Of a stretch of DNA of 64,000 nt, positions 1 to 12,770 are shown one piece after another. Source of the stretch: Microthyrium microscopicum (lineage: Eukaryota); NCBI GenBank assembly GCA_010405405.1, contig MU004231.1:4142884-4206883 (forward strand), given 5' to 3'. Position numbers and translations under genes: made by a program. Below the pieces are notes generated by a model. That model saw only the letters and a list, made by a program, of their open reading frames with translations, did no database searches and was not told the DNA's origin. Positions within the stretch are counted from its first letter, which is position 1; each line of letters opens with the position of its first letter.

Positions 1-290
1 GCTGGGTACTAATCTCGTTTATAAGTTCCGACTGGAGCATTCGTGTGTATTAAACTCAGAATTGTCAACTACGTCGGTTGAGAGTCTCATCTCTCGACTT
101 AGCATACAGGTCTCAAAATCTAGAGAGCTTCTTGCACGAAGATAATAGATCCTCAAACATGGTGAATCGCTTTGAGAGTTGGTGGCGAGACAAATGTAGG
201 TTGGTGCATTTATACAGATGGTCTGTGACTAATATTGAAAACTTAACTTGTTGACGTGCCAGTATTTCTGTCAGTATAAATAGTCAGAGC

Positions 291-962
291 TCAATCGTGA
301 TGTTCCCAGGCAGGGAACATCAAGGAAGAGAGCCCGCCCCTGAATGGAACTGCCCATTTGAGAACATTGCCAGCAATTTTGACCCAACCTTCACCCCATT
401 TGACCCAATTGATTTCCTTGTTAACCTTTGGAATCTCTTTCTCTTTCGGCATCTCTTGTCCAGGAATGTCATCTTTGCTTGGAGGATACTGATTGATACA
501 AGTTTTAACTTGTATGTGATCTTGGTATATACATGTAGGCATCCAATTTACGGCCGCAATGCTTCTCCTGCTCAAAGCAGTTCCGTCATTTGGCTTCGCG
601 GTGGCGTCGCGGGCAGCAGTGTTCACTGTGCCGTGGGTGGAGGTGATTATTGAAGTGAATTAGTCCAAGAGCTTTGGAGTAGACGTGGTATTGGACAACA
701 CTGAACACGAAATGCGACTGGAGCAAGGCTAAGTTGCCATTCCATCATGCTGAGGAACAGACCAACGATCAACTGACGTCGGACGAGAAAACGATGGGGA
801 CAACTTACAATCGGTCGTATCATCTCTGTTATCTATCGACGTACCCATCCCCTTCAGGGAAGTCATTGGATGGTGTATTGAGCCTTGCGGAACAGGTAAA
901 GCCAAAGTAGTAACGGAAAGGAAACATACTGCTGAGATAAGTGAAGAAACAATTCGACGCAT
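291..962 (-). CDS. Small secreted protein (about 162 aa), candidate effector; 2 exons (962-809, 625-291)
   Basis: Signal-peptide-like start MRRIVSSLISAVCFLSVTTLA-LP. The GTAAGT donor at 808 and CAG acceptor ending at 626 (ACTAAT branch upstream) join two ORF-track ORFs in frame (GAT T|TG AAC). LSRR dibasic site; 2 Cys. Confidence 0.6.
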
Positions 963-1711
963 CTTGGCTTTGCGGGAAAGGATTTCAATTGGTTTATTCC
1001 ACTGAGCAATTGAGGTAAAAGTTGACAAGAAGAGACTGAAGGCTGCTGCTGAAGATGGTAATGCCTGTCTTTATAGACACCCGTCCTTCAGGGTGGAGAA
1101 GAGCAATACACAACTTGTATGACTCTCCCCATTATTTCTACATGATAATATCATGTTAGTCGACCAGTACCAAATACATTGAGTCCACCAAAGCATGGCA
1201 TGCTCCCATCGAATGTGATGTCGCCCAGTTGTATATCAACTGAAAGCGAGTGCCCGCTTTGGATCCCTTAAATCTAGTTAATACTCAAAAGTATTAACTA
1301 AATTCAAGTTGACCTACGGATCTCTTCTTTCAATCTGGTGATCCAAATTATTCAAACCGAGGTTGTACTTCGAAGCTGAATTCATCGTACGTTTGACCAT
1401 GCACTTCGAGCTCGATGCCGATGAACAAAATATCCAATTGCATTCTCACGTCCATGAACAACTCAAAGTATCCAATTTTCTGCCTTGATATTGATGCAGT
1501 TCAGCAGCGGTGACCTGTTGAAGGAAGAGATGAGGTAAAAGTCCAAGTTCCGAATCGCAACCCCCTGATTGGCCCGTGCCATTTTCAACATCATTCGACT
1601 TTCAACCTCCCAAATCTTCACCATTGTCCCATCTCTCCGAACCTCAATCGCCCACACGACCGGCCCTTCGACCCTAATCTCGCGCCTCTCCACTCCCTTA
1701 TCGCATTCGAA

Positions 1712-2415
1712 ATGTCCTCGCTGCACATTCTGCGCGCTGCTGCCCGCTGCAGCTTCAGACCGGCGGCTCGATTCACACCCGCGAGCAGACTGCTCGTGCA
1801 ACGTACACAGGTCAAGACATTCAGCGCTGTCGCACCGCTACGTAGCGCTGCACATGAGAATGAATCGTTCGAAGAGTTTTCAGAACGGTAGGACTGGGTT
1901 CTTGGAGTTTATGGGATAGCGTGCTGAATTGGAGATGTAGATACGAGAACGAGTTCAATGCGGTCAACGATGTTTTTGAGCTTCAGGTACGATATTCTTC
2001 GGAGGTCCGGACAGTTGCAGCCTTCAATTGGCGGGGCATTGCAATACGGAGGGTTGTGCTTGGAAAGCGGAACATTTTGCTAATGGTTTTCGCAGCGTAA
2101 CTTGAACAACGCCTTCGCCTACGATCTTGTCCCATCTCCATCGGTCATCACTGCTGCTCTTCGAGCTGCTCGTCGAGTCAATGACTTCCCAACGGCTGTA
2201 CGAATTTTCGAGGGTAAGTTTCATAGCTTCATACGGCTTAGTTAATGAGTAGATTTATACTCTCTTTGGAACAACTTGGCTAACACTATTTTCCAGGCGT
2301 CAAGTTCAAGGTCGAGAACCCTCAACAATACGAGGAATACCTACGCGAGTTGGAACCAATACGGCAAGAACTGGGCATCAGTCTGAAGGAGTGGATGTAT
2401 CCTGACCACGCATAA
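1712..2415 (+). CDS. COX6: Cytochrome c oxidase subunit 5A/VI (yeast Cox6), mitochondrial; introns 1888-1940, 1987-2095, 2214-2296
   Basis: Spliced translation: Arg-rich presequence, then HENESFEEFSERYENEF..DVFELQRNLNNAFAYDLVPSPSVITAALRAARRVNDFPTAVRIFEGVKFKVENPQQYEEYLRELEPIRQELGI. Missed by the ORF track because of short exons. Confidence 0.95.
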
Positions 2416-2749
2416 GGGGAAAGCGAGTAGGATATAATTCAGCAACCGGGGCTTTTGCCATACATAGACCAAGAAGAAAGCTCAAAAAGAGTGTGTATTA
2501 TCAAGAGAATTTATGTTTGCTTACTGGTGACGTTGTCGGGCGGCTAGTGGTTTAGTCAAATGGCCAGCGCGCTTTGAATTTATAGGTTAGATTCAATACC
2601 TATACAGGAATGGTTTGAACGGACGCCAAGTTGATGTTAAAGTTGGACAATCACGCAGTGTTAAGGCCAGTCAGATGGGTGTACACGACCTGTGATTATC
2701 TATATATCCTCTTAGGATCTTCAATCGCTAGTTTTGGTTATAGGCTAGA

Positions 2750-3694
2750 CTATATGTCCTCATCGCCTGCGTCACCTGCTCCTCGAGTAGGCAGAGTTGT
2801 CGTGCCACTTGCACCAGCAGCACCCTGTCTTCCTGGTCTTCGAGCAGCTTCCTCTTGCTTCTCATTGTTGATCTCCTCGACATACTTCTCAATCGCCTCC
2901 GTACCAAGCAACTCGAGTGTTCCACCAGGCTCCATCACAGCAATCTCAATGTTCTTGGCACCAGTTTGGACAACCTCCAACAATGAACGCACAGTCAACT
3001 TGACAGTCTCCTCACGATCCATATCCGGCTTGTGATTACGCTCCAAGAACTCTCTCACCGTCTTTGAACTCCGACCAATCGCATTAGCCTTCCTATACCA
3101 CTGTTAGCCCACCATTCTTCATCCATTTCTACTTGACTCACCAAGCACTGTAAATTCCACTCGGCTCCGTCTGATAAAGTCTCGGCACCTTATCATTCAA
3201 ATCGAATCCCACAACCAACGTACTAATCCCAAACGGTCTCACACCACCCGCCTGCGTAAACCGCTGCTGCACACCCGCAATATACCGCGTAATGTACTCA
3301 ATGCTCACCGGATCCTCCACCGTCAGCCGATGGCTTTGAGCTTCAACGCGCGCATTGTCAACCAGGATGCGTGCGTCAGCGTTGAGGCCGGCGAAAGCGA
3401 GAGCGACGTGATTGTCGACGAGACAGATTTTGGAGGGCGTGATGCGTGTGTCTTGGAGTTTCATGGCGGAACGCTTTTCGCAGCCGAGAACGACGATGTG
3501 GGCGCCTTTGACGCCTACGGCGCAGGTTCCGCGTTTTACGGCTTCTTGGGCATATTCGACTTGGAAGACGTGGCCGTCGGGGGAGAAGACTTGGGGTTGT
3601 TAGTATGTTTTGGTGGGATAGGAATTGGGTGGTGGGGTCATGGGCTGTGAGAGATGTATGTACCTGAGAGAGCGCGGTCGTAGCCTGATGCCAT
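2750..3694 (-). CDS. PRE6: 20S proteasome alpha-4 subunit; 3 exons
   Basis: [24 protein letters not shown] alpha signature; [32 protein letters not shown]. Confidence 0.96.
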
Positions 3695-4191
3695 GTTGGA
3701 GATTGGAGAGAGGTGTCGGGGTTTATAGTAGAAGAGAGTTGAAGTTAGAAGAGGGGAATTGAAGAGTTGAAAATGCTAGGTCGGTGTGATGGGAGCAGGC
3801 AGGCGCGGCCGCGTAGTTTGAGAATGAGCAATGGCTTAGAAAGGCACCGGTGGATTTTGGATTCTGCGACTGAATATCGAACAGTATCAATCACTCCGGG
3901 GGCTCTGACGTGTAGAAAGAGGATGAAAGAAGCTCGAAGGTAGTAGTTCAAAGGTATATCAACAATTGTCTTCAAAGTTTAGATGCATTTGGTGGATGGA
4001 AGCTAGAGCTCAAGCAACCGTGCAACCCTAGACCTGATTAAGCTAGCCACATGGCGCGCTTGCTATTTTCGCGTGGCTGAAGCTGACATCATGCAGAATT
4101 TCAATATCAAACTCGCATTGATATTACAACCCCACCTGGCCACTCTTTGATAACGCCGTGATGCTGAACTTCCCTACCGGTATACAGTCCA

Positions 4192-5931
4192 ATGGCCAGT
4201 CCTAGCCAAGTGTCACGCCTAGCGGTGAGAGCTGCACTCTCTGCTGGCCGCAAAGCTTCTTGTAGAGCTCCAGCTCGACTCGCTCCCATTGTCCAAGCGA
4301 GATCATGGAGCTCATCCCAGCCGAGACGAGCCGCCACCAAGAAGGTCAAATTGACTAGAGAAACGTTTGTTTCCTAAGTAAATTATCAGATCATGTTGCT
4401 AAAATTGTATTAGCTATCCTGAGCTGAAACGCCGGGATAACTTTGCGCAAGTCACCGCCGAAGATGTCGACTTCTTCAAGTCCGTTCTCGGCTCAGACAG
4501 TGCCATCCTCGAATCCATATCCTCGCCCGCCGCCGAGGCAGATATCACACCTTTCAACAGTGACTGGATGAACAAGTATCAAGGTCAGAGCCGCGTCGTC
4601 TTGCGTCCCGAATCTACAGAGCAAGTCAGCAAGATTCTGAAATACTGCAATGACAAGAAATTGGCTGTTGTGCCACAAGGCGGAAATACAGGTCTAGTCG
4701 GTGGGTCTGTGCCTGTTTTCGACGAGATTGTCATTAGTCTGGGACGCATGAATAAGATTCAGTCCTTTGACGATCTTACTGGTATTCTTGTGGCGGATGC
4801 TGGTGTTATTCTGGAAGTGGCGGATCAACATTTGGCTGAGAAAGGGTACATCTTCCCTCTGGATCTAGGTGCAAAAGGATCTTGTCATATTGGTGGCAAT
4901 GTGGCGACGAATGCTGGAGGCTTACGACTGTTGAGATACGGAAGTTTGCATGGAACTGTTCTCGGAATTGAGGCAGTTTTACCAGATGGAACGATTGTAG
5001 ATGATCTCTCCAAACTGAGGAAAAACAACACTGGCTACGATTTGAAACAGCTATTTATTGGAGCTGAAGGCACTCTAGGAATTATTACGGCCATATCGAT
5101 CCTCTGTCCGCAACGATCCCCGGCAGTAAACGTCGCCTATCTTGGCTTGGAAAGCTTCGATAAAGTCCTTCAAGTGTTTGTCGAAGCAAAGAAAAAGCTA
5201 GGCGAAATTCTCTCGGCGTTTGAACTCATGGATAGCAGAGCGCAGAACATGATTCGCATACACCGTGACCTTGACGCTGGCGTTCTTGAAGGAGACCACC
5301 CTTTTTATTGTCTCATTGAGACTAGTGGCTCTGATGCCGATGCAGACTACAAGAAAGTTGAAGCATTTCTAAGCGACATAATGGAGAAGGATCTTGTCCA
5401 GGACGGTACATTGGCGGATAACCAGACACAAATAGCCGATCTTTGGAGCTGGCGAGAAGGCATTCCGGAAGCACTTGGCCATTTTGGAGGTTGCTATAAA
5501 TACGATCTCTCGATCCCCCTGCGAGAACTCTATCAATTGGTGGATGATACCAGAGAACGCATGAATAAAGCCGGCATTGTTGGATCCACTGATGAATTCC
5601 CAGTCGTGGATGTTGTGGGCTATGGCCATATGGGTGATGGCAATTTGCACTTGAATGTGCCTACTCGCCGTTTTGACAAGAAAGTTGAAGAAGTTTTGGA
5701 GCCCTACGTATATGAATGGGTAGCGAAGAGGAACGGAAGCATCAGTGCTGAGCATGGCTTGGGTATTGCAAAGAAACCATTCATTGGATATTCGAGAAGT
5801 GATAATATGCTTGGTCTGATGCGCATGGTCAAGAATACATTTGATCCGGTAAGTTACAATTTGATTCTGAGTGTTTGCATTTACTGATTAGACTCCAGAA
5901 TGGTATCATGAATCCATACAAGTACATTTAG
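4192..5931 (+). CDS. DLD2: Mitochondrial FAD-linked D-2-hydroxyglutarate/D-lactate dehydrogenase (Dld2/Dld3 type); 3 exons
   Basis: Arg/Ser-rich presequence; PQGGNTGLVGGSVP, DLGAKGSCHIGGNVATNAGG, GHMGDGNLH and SISAEHGLG motifs; last exon NGIMNPYKYI*. Confidence 0.93.
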
Positions 5932-6409
5932 CTACTGGGTTTGAAGTTGACGATGTAGATGCAATATACCCGAGCGAAGTAATCGTCGTCTCATTCTTCT
6001 GATAACGGCACAGCCAACTGAGTTGACAAAATAAGTCGTGCTCCAATCGACTCCGCTGGCTCATATGCTATTTTCTGTTGTCGAGTGCTTTGTTTCTCGG
6101 AGATAGTGTTCAGATTTGGTTATCTCATCGACTGTGATGGGGATTATCGCATCCTTTGATTAAAGAGGCCAAGGAAGCCATTCCCGTCGCTGGGAGTATG
6201 CCATCTACTTTGCCATTCAGTTGACAGCTTGATCGCTCGTGATACCTCCTCTACTAATAGCTTCTAGTGTAAATGCGACATTTCGCTCCCATACAATAAC
6301 TCATGCGCCCAAGAATGCACCCGCTTCATTATAAACTTGACCATCCAGGCCCAGCCAACTTTTGTACATTATCATATATCGCCATCATCACAACACCTCC
6401 TTTCTCCCA

Positions 6410-6851
6410 TCAACCAGCCTTATCCATCAAAATCTCATCAATCTCTCTCTCCATACTCTTACTCCGCAATCTTTCATCCCTCAACATCCTACTATCCTTC
6501 CTCACATCCTCGCCCTCCACCTCCAGCTTCATCTGCGGCTCAATAGCCTCGATGACAAAGTGATTATCGCAGTGTGGACAAAATTCGTCCGCCTCGTCGA
6601 ATTCGGCGGCATCTTTGCGGAAACACTTTTTGCACTTTTTGCAGGCGAATACCATTTCGATGGCTTTTTGGAGTTCGTGGGTCTCGCTCTCGGCGTGGCA
6701 GGCGGCGCAGTCGAACCATTTGCGGCAGCAGGGGGAGCGGATGGCGACTTGGGCGTTTAGGACGTGTTTACTGTGAGGAGAGTGGTGTTAGAGGGGCGCG
6801 GAAGGGGGAAAAGGCGGGAGGAGAGGAGGGAGAGGAGAGGGCGTACCACAT
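6410..6851 (-). CDS. CHY zinc-finger protein; 5-nt first coding exon (ATGTG|gtacgc)
   Basis: Spliced MCKHVLNAQVAIRSPCCRKWFDCAACH...FACKKCKKCFRKD...EFCPHCDNHF. Confidence 0.88.
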
Positions 6852-7506
6852 TGCGCAGAGATGCAGCGAAAGTTGGCGCGGGTGTTTTGATTTCTATTGC
6901 TGGTGATGTTGGTGGTGATGTTGGATACTTTGTGGTTGGTGAAGAGTTATGTTGGTGGAAACGGTGAAGAAGATGTTGGTGGGAGAAAGATCAACAAACG
7001 CCACAAAAAGTTGCCATATGGGTTGGACCTGCCTCAACATTCATGTCCAAGACCAACCAAGACATCTCTCTGTCTCTCCATAGTATGCTGCCTGCCAATA
7101 CATACAACATCGTCTCCAAACAGTAATTTCCCGCTCATAATATCTTAGAGTACTCTTCAGACTTCTTCGTCCCACTGTCTCTCCTTCATCTCAACAACTA
7201 CTACTCCACACCCTCCCTTGCCAACTTGCCTTAACCTGCCAGTTACCCAGCTGCATACCGTAACCCTCAATTATATCCCGCTCTCCTGACACCCTACGCT
7301 ATTATCATACCCTTTACCGCTCTTTCCGTCGCTTGAACATACAATCCCGTCGACTACTTTATTTCTTGTCCTACCTTGAGACTCTCCTCATACTGGAACT
7401 CGGCAAGCGTCAGCGTAATACAGCGTGGGGTTGTGACATGTTACATCACGCATGGAAGAGTGGAAATCTTGGAATCTGAGCACTTCCAGCCGGATATCCG
7501 GTTCTC

Positions 7507-10500
7507 ATGGACGTTCAAGAGGAGGGAAATCATGATGGCTCGTCCATCAAGCCAGTATCATCGCTACGGAACAAGTGGGAGAGCTTAATCCAAGGACATG
7601 CCGCTACACCAGACAAGCCAGGACCAGTTATACCTGCGAGGCCAAGTAGGAAAGATGGCGGCGCAACCATAGGCAATCAAAGAGACGACTCTACAGGCGC
7701 ATCAGAAACCAGAGGAAATGTGCGAGCGTCGTTGGATATTCCTCGTCCTCATGGACTTTATAACTCTTCGGCGCATCAAGCCCAATTGGAATCGATGGTT
7801 TCTCCAGTTAGAGAGGATTCTGGACCGCAGACTCCTAGGACAAAGGCTAGGCCAGCTTCCATGATATCCATGTCTCCTTCGAGATCTCCTCCACGTGTAT
7901 ATGTTGATTCTCCAAAATCCAATCTTCGTCTCCAAACACGGCCAACAAATATCTTTCAGTCTCCGCCAGATATTCGAACAAGTCAGACTACGTCAGGCTC
8001 GCCCACATCACCTACAGCGCCAAATAGATTCAAACTCCCAAACAGGGTGGGAACGCCGGTTGTAGATTCACCCTCTATGCCTCTATTTCAACCATCGCCT
8101 CGAGTGATTCCTGTGACAGATCCGCGCAAACCGTCGTCGCGAATTTCTCCCACTCGAGGAACGGCTTCAGCAAACAATTCTGTCCCGCCACCTATCAACC
8201 GAGCCGGGAAGCCAAAAGCGTTCTCAACCCCGCAACCTCGAAAGATGAATGATAGTCTTGCAGCTCCAGTAAACCATGATATCGACGAGGACAAGGTGTC
8301 TCCTTTCAGCACACCTCCAAGTGAGCCCGAAAGTCCCCCAGCGCTAGACCTACCTCCTCCCATACCAGAATTCTCAAAACCAAAGCAAACTCCTGTTGCC
8401 CAGGCCAGAGACAACTACTTCAGTAGACCGCCCAGACGGCAAGCTGAAGAACACCCTCCTCCGATCAAGCCGCCGAGGCCGACACAGCATGTCGACGAGC
8501 CAGCTACGCCTTTAAGAGGGGACCGGATTCTGCCGCCTCCAATACTACCACCGCGGCGAGATAATGTTCAAGAAAAGCAACCGCCGCAACCCCCTCAATC
8601 TCGCGCGAGATCACCGCATCCTCCACTCCCACCGCAATCTCGAGCACGATCGCCAAAACCACCCTTTCCTCCTCCAGAGCCCCCTGTTAGAAGATCAATG
8701 GATCAAGAGCCTAGATCAACACAACGGAATGTGACGGACGTATCGCGACCCTCTCTAGATAATGATATGATTACTCGTCATCGTAATCAAGACCCTCGCA
8801 ATCTAATACCACCACGCCGAACTGCCACTACAAAGGACCTATCTAGTCTTCCACCTCCGCCACGTCCTCCAAGAACCGATACTCTAAACAATGCTCGAAG
8901 ACAATCTCCGCCGCGGCTATCTGGGGATACTTTAATACCGGGTAGGCGGGGATCAAGACCTCGTGCTCTGGACTCGGAAGACGATGAAGACGAACAATCT
9001 CCAGAACGCAGTACTCCATCAATGGATGATTTTCCTGATGCCTCTCAAGCAAATAGAAGACCACCTAGATTCCTTGAAAAGCCGCATGAGATATTTACCA
9101 AATACGAGACAAAACTCTTCGCCGTGTGTGGCGAGTATTTATGTACTTCAGGTTACATAACTCGCGCATGGAACCTCGTCACTGGGGAGCTATTGCTTAA
9201 TTTGCCTCATGGCGAACACGTAAAGGCTACTTCCCTAGCATTCAAACATGCACGGGATGTTGAAGACGAGGGAAAGCGGATATGGGTGGGAACAAATAAT
9301 GGTGAACTTCACGAGATTGATATTCCAAGCAAGTCCATCATTGCTAGCCGACTCGACGCTCATTCACGCTCCAGTATTGTCAAGATCCACCGACAGATAC
9401 AAGACATGTGGTCCATCGACGAGGAAGGCAAGCTCATGGTCTGGGCCCCAGGAGAAGACGGAACGCCAAGTTTGGACTTGTCTCCCAGCCTGTATCGAAT
9501 ACCTCCCAAGCCTAATTTCATCCTTATATTGGAAAATAGGCTCTGGATCGGCATACAAAAAGGGATATGGGTATACGAACACGATCCCAGCGAACGAACT
9601 GCCCGACAACTCACGAAAAGCCCACTTACTCAACATGGAGTCGGCGACGTGACATCTGGAACCATTGTTACTGGCCAAGCAGATCGCGTGTACTTTGGCC
9701 ACAATGATGGCCGTATCACCATATACAACCGTAAAGACTTTTCGTTCATTGGAGTTGTTCAAGTCAGAGAATACAAAATCAGCTCCTTGGTTGGCGTTGG
9801 TAATTATCTCTGGGCTGGCTTTTATACCGGCATGATATATGTCTATGATACCTCCACTCAACCCTGGAAAGTTCTCAAGGATTGGAAAGCTCACGAAGGT
9901 ACTCTGTTTGGTGTCCAGGTTGACAAAACGAGTATCTGGAAACTTGATCGCCTTCAAGTCGCTTCGCTTGGAACAGACGGAGCTGTAAGATTATGGGACG
10001 GAATGATGACTGATGACTGGCTCGAGAATGATATGCAATTAAGCGATGAGCAATTTTGCACTTTCAACGAAATCACAGCCAGCGTCCTAACATGGAACGC
10101 TGGTGCTTCAAAACCATCAAGTCTCAGAAACGACGATCGAGACAACAACTTCTTCCGGGAGTATCTCTCTGGTTCAGAACCGTCAGACATCTACATCTTT
10201 GGTTTCCAAGAGCTCGTCGATCTCGAAGATGCTGGCAGCACTCGCCGCGACGTCACATCTCAAGTGATGAAGAAGATGTTCAAGCGCGACAAGAAAAAAG
10301 ATGGCGCCTCAGATTCACACTCCCAAGAGCGCATGCGCCACCAATATCTCGACTGGAAAAACCACATCGCCCGCATGCTCGACGAAAATATGCCCTCCGA
10401 CACTACCTACCAGCTTTTGCACACCTCCAACCTTGTCGGCCTCTTCACCTGTATCTTTGTCAAAGACAGCATCCGTCCCCGTATCGATAGTCTCGATGCC

Positions 10501-11328
10501 GCTCAAATCCGCCTCGGCATGGGCGGCCATCTTGGTAACAAAGGCGCCCTCGTAGTCCGCTTTCTCCTCGACGATTCCTCTCTGTGCTTCCTCAACTGCC
10601 ATCTCGCAGCCGGTCAACGACACACGCGCCAACGCAACGAAAACGTCGCCGCAATCATGGAATCCACGCCCCTCCCCACCGCCTCTCATGCTTCTGTGCG
10701 CGCAGCCAGTTTCGTCGGCGGTGGCGATGGCAGCATGGTGCTAGATCACGAGATATGTATTCTGAACGGCGATCTCAACTACCGCATCGACAGCACGCCC
10801 CGTGACACCATCTTTGCAGAGCTACGCCGCGGCCAGCTACACAAGCTGCTTGAGCGCGATCAGCTGCTCGTCAGTCGACGACGAAATCCAGGCTTTCGGT
10901 TGAGAGCGTTTGAGGAGCGGCCGTTGACATTTGCGCCAACGTACAAGTATGATGTGGGGACAGATACATATGACTCGAGCGAGAAGAAACGTGCACCAGC
11001 CTGGTGTGATCGTGTATTGTATCGTGGGCTTGGGCGCATAAAGATGGATGAGTATAAGCGTTGGGAAGTACGGACGAGTGACCATCGGCCGGTGAGCGGA
11101 AGGTTCCGTGTGAGAGTGAAGACGGTGAGGCCGGAGGAGAGGGAACGGGTTCGGCTAGAGGGAGAGCGGAGGTTTGAGGAGGTTAAGATGAAGGTGGGCA
11201 TGGATATCAAGTAAGTTTACATTGCTATCATCGACAAGATGTAGTGGCTAACAGAAATTAGGCTCGATTATCTGGTTAATGTGCTGGGTATGAATGAGAA
11301 GGAGGCTATGAGACGCCTAACGGCGTAG
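7507..11328 (+). CDS. Inositol polyphosphate 5-phosphatase: Pro-rich N-terminus, WD40-like propeller, IPPc domain; terminal intron near 11211-11261
   Basis: TWNAGA, GFQELV, GNKG, NCHLAAG, GDLNYRI, FAPTYKYD and PAWCDRVLY...SDHRPV catalytic motifs; short last exon ...RRLTA*. Confidence 0.93.
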
Positions 11329-12470
11329 TCGATTGAGTGGTAATAGCTGTCTCTCTAGAGAAGATGGGGCTTAGCGATAGGACATTGAGATCATATCATC
11401 ATGAAGATTATTATCAAACTCGTTGACTCCTGATGCTTGCGGCTCAGAGCCTATCAAGATGTGCACTTTTCTATCTCCCAGTATCGCTGCTAATATCAAG
11501 CAACCCGTATCTTACTTATACCAAAAGCTTATGAAACGGTCGCAACAAAAAGTCCAAGTCCTCTTGATACACTACTCAAGACGTCAACAAAACGACTTAC
11601 CCACTCCCGTCGAGTAAGATGTCTACCACCGTACCCTATAGACAGCATACTCTGTGCAGTAAACACCATCACATGCTAATATCCCACCATCGACTTAATT
11701 AGCCAGCCTTGTCACACATCCAGGGCCATCTAATCAGGCTGAATACCCATTACCAATATATCAGCGAATCAGCTAGAGCATCTATCGCAATTCCGCATAT
11801 AGTAGGGGGGGTGATGGATGTACACAGATTTGACTTGACAGGCAGGACGGGTTTGCCCTTTATCTGGGGACGCACTAGGTCGTGCACATTCCACCGCGCT
11901 TTTGGATGTGCCATTGAGATTGCGCTTTTGCGTGGAAGAAAATTATTTGCTTGAGAGTTTGTTACTTATTCTGTGGGTGTGAGAAATGATCGAGTGGTGG
12001 TTTTTATCTGCCAATAATGGACCTTAAGGGGATTGTGATGAGGCTGGCAAAAGCCACCCAGCCTTGCGTATTTTTAAGCAGATTCTGTGGTAAGACCAAC
12101 AGGACGGAGTAGAATGTGTTTATCAGGCATATTCAGTGTCGTTATGAGACTATTTCGGAGCAGCGGATGGTTTTATTTGACTAAAGTTAGACAGCCTTGC
12201 TGAGTCGCGTGGATAGGTATTTAATGTTACTCTATAGCCGTGTAAATTGCAAAGTCCAGGGTGAGAAGGGAGTTGACGGGCCCAAGGCTGAACAAACGTG
12301 GGGAAAGAAAGGGGGCCAGCCAAGGATAGGAGAGGCGTTGGAGAGTTGTCGTTTGGTTTGGGCGTCGGTGTCGTGGTATTGTTTATATAGTTAGCGAGTT
12401 AGCGAGTTAGCGAGTGGTTTTAGTGAGAAAAGGGGACTCTTGCTGATGACTTCGTCGGGTCAGGAAACCT

Positions 12471-12770
12471 TATCATTGCTTATGGCTCCATCGCACTCGC
12501 AATGAGCCATCGCGCTCGCTGGGAGCCATTGCGTGCGATGGGATCTCAATCTACATGTTTGAGATTTGCAGTTCTCGCACCTGTTCGCGGTATTAATATA
12601 TCATTACGCTCTATGGCTTCCAGCGCACTTCTTAACAGCCATCGCGTGCGTTGGAATTTCATCCTATATACTGGAATACTGCGCTTTTGATACCTTTCGG
12701 TCTTGATGGAATATCATCACCCTCTATTGAGTCCCAGCGCACTTCATATCTGCCATCGATTTTGCTGTTT
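12471..12770. repeat. Three degenerate tandem repeats (periods about 128 and 113 bp) with internal palindromy
   Basis: Units start tatcatt/tatcatc at 12471, 12599 and 12712 and share ctatggct(t)cca(g/t)cgcact...gccatcg. Confidence 0.6.

Noticed and set aside
5929..5958. TAG CTA context at the DLD2 stop suggesting readthrough to a cryptic PTS1
   Set aside because: The known motif is TGA CTA, and the extension (LLGLKLTM*) has no PTS1
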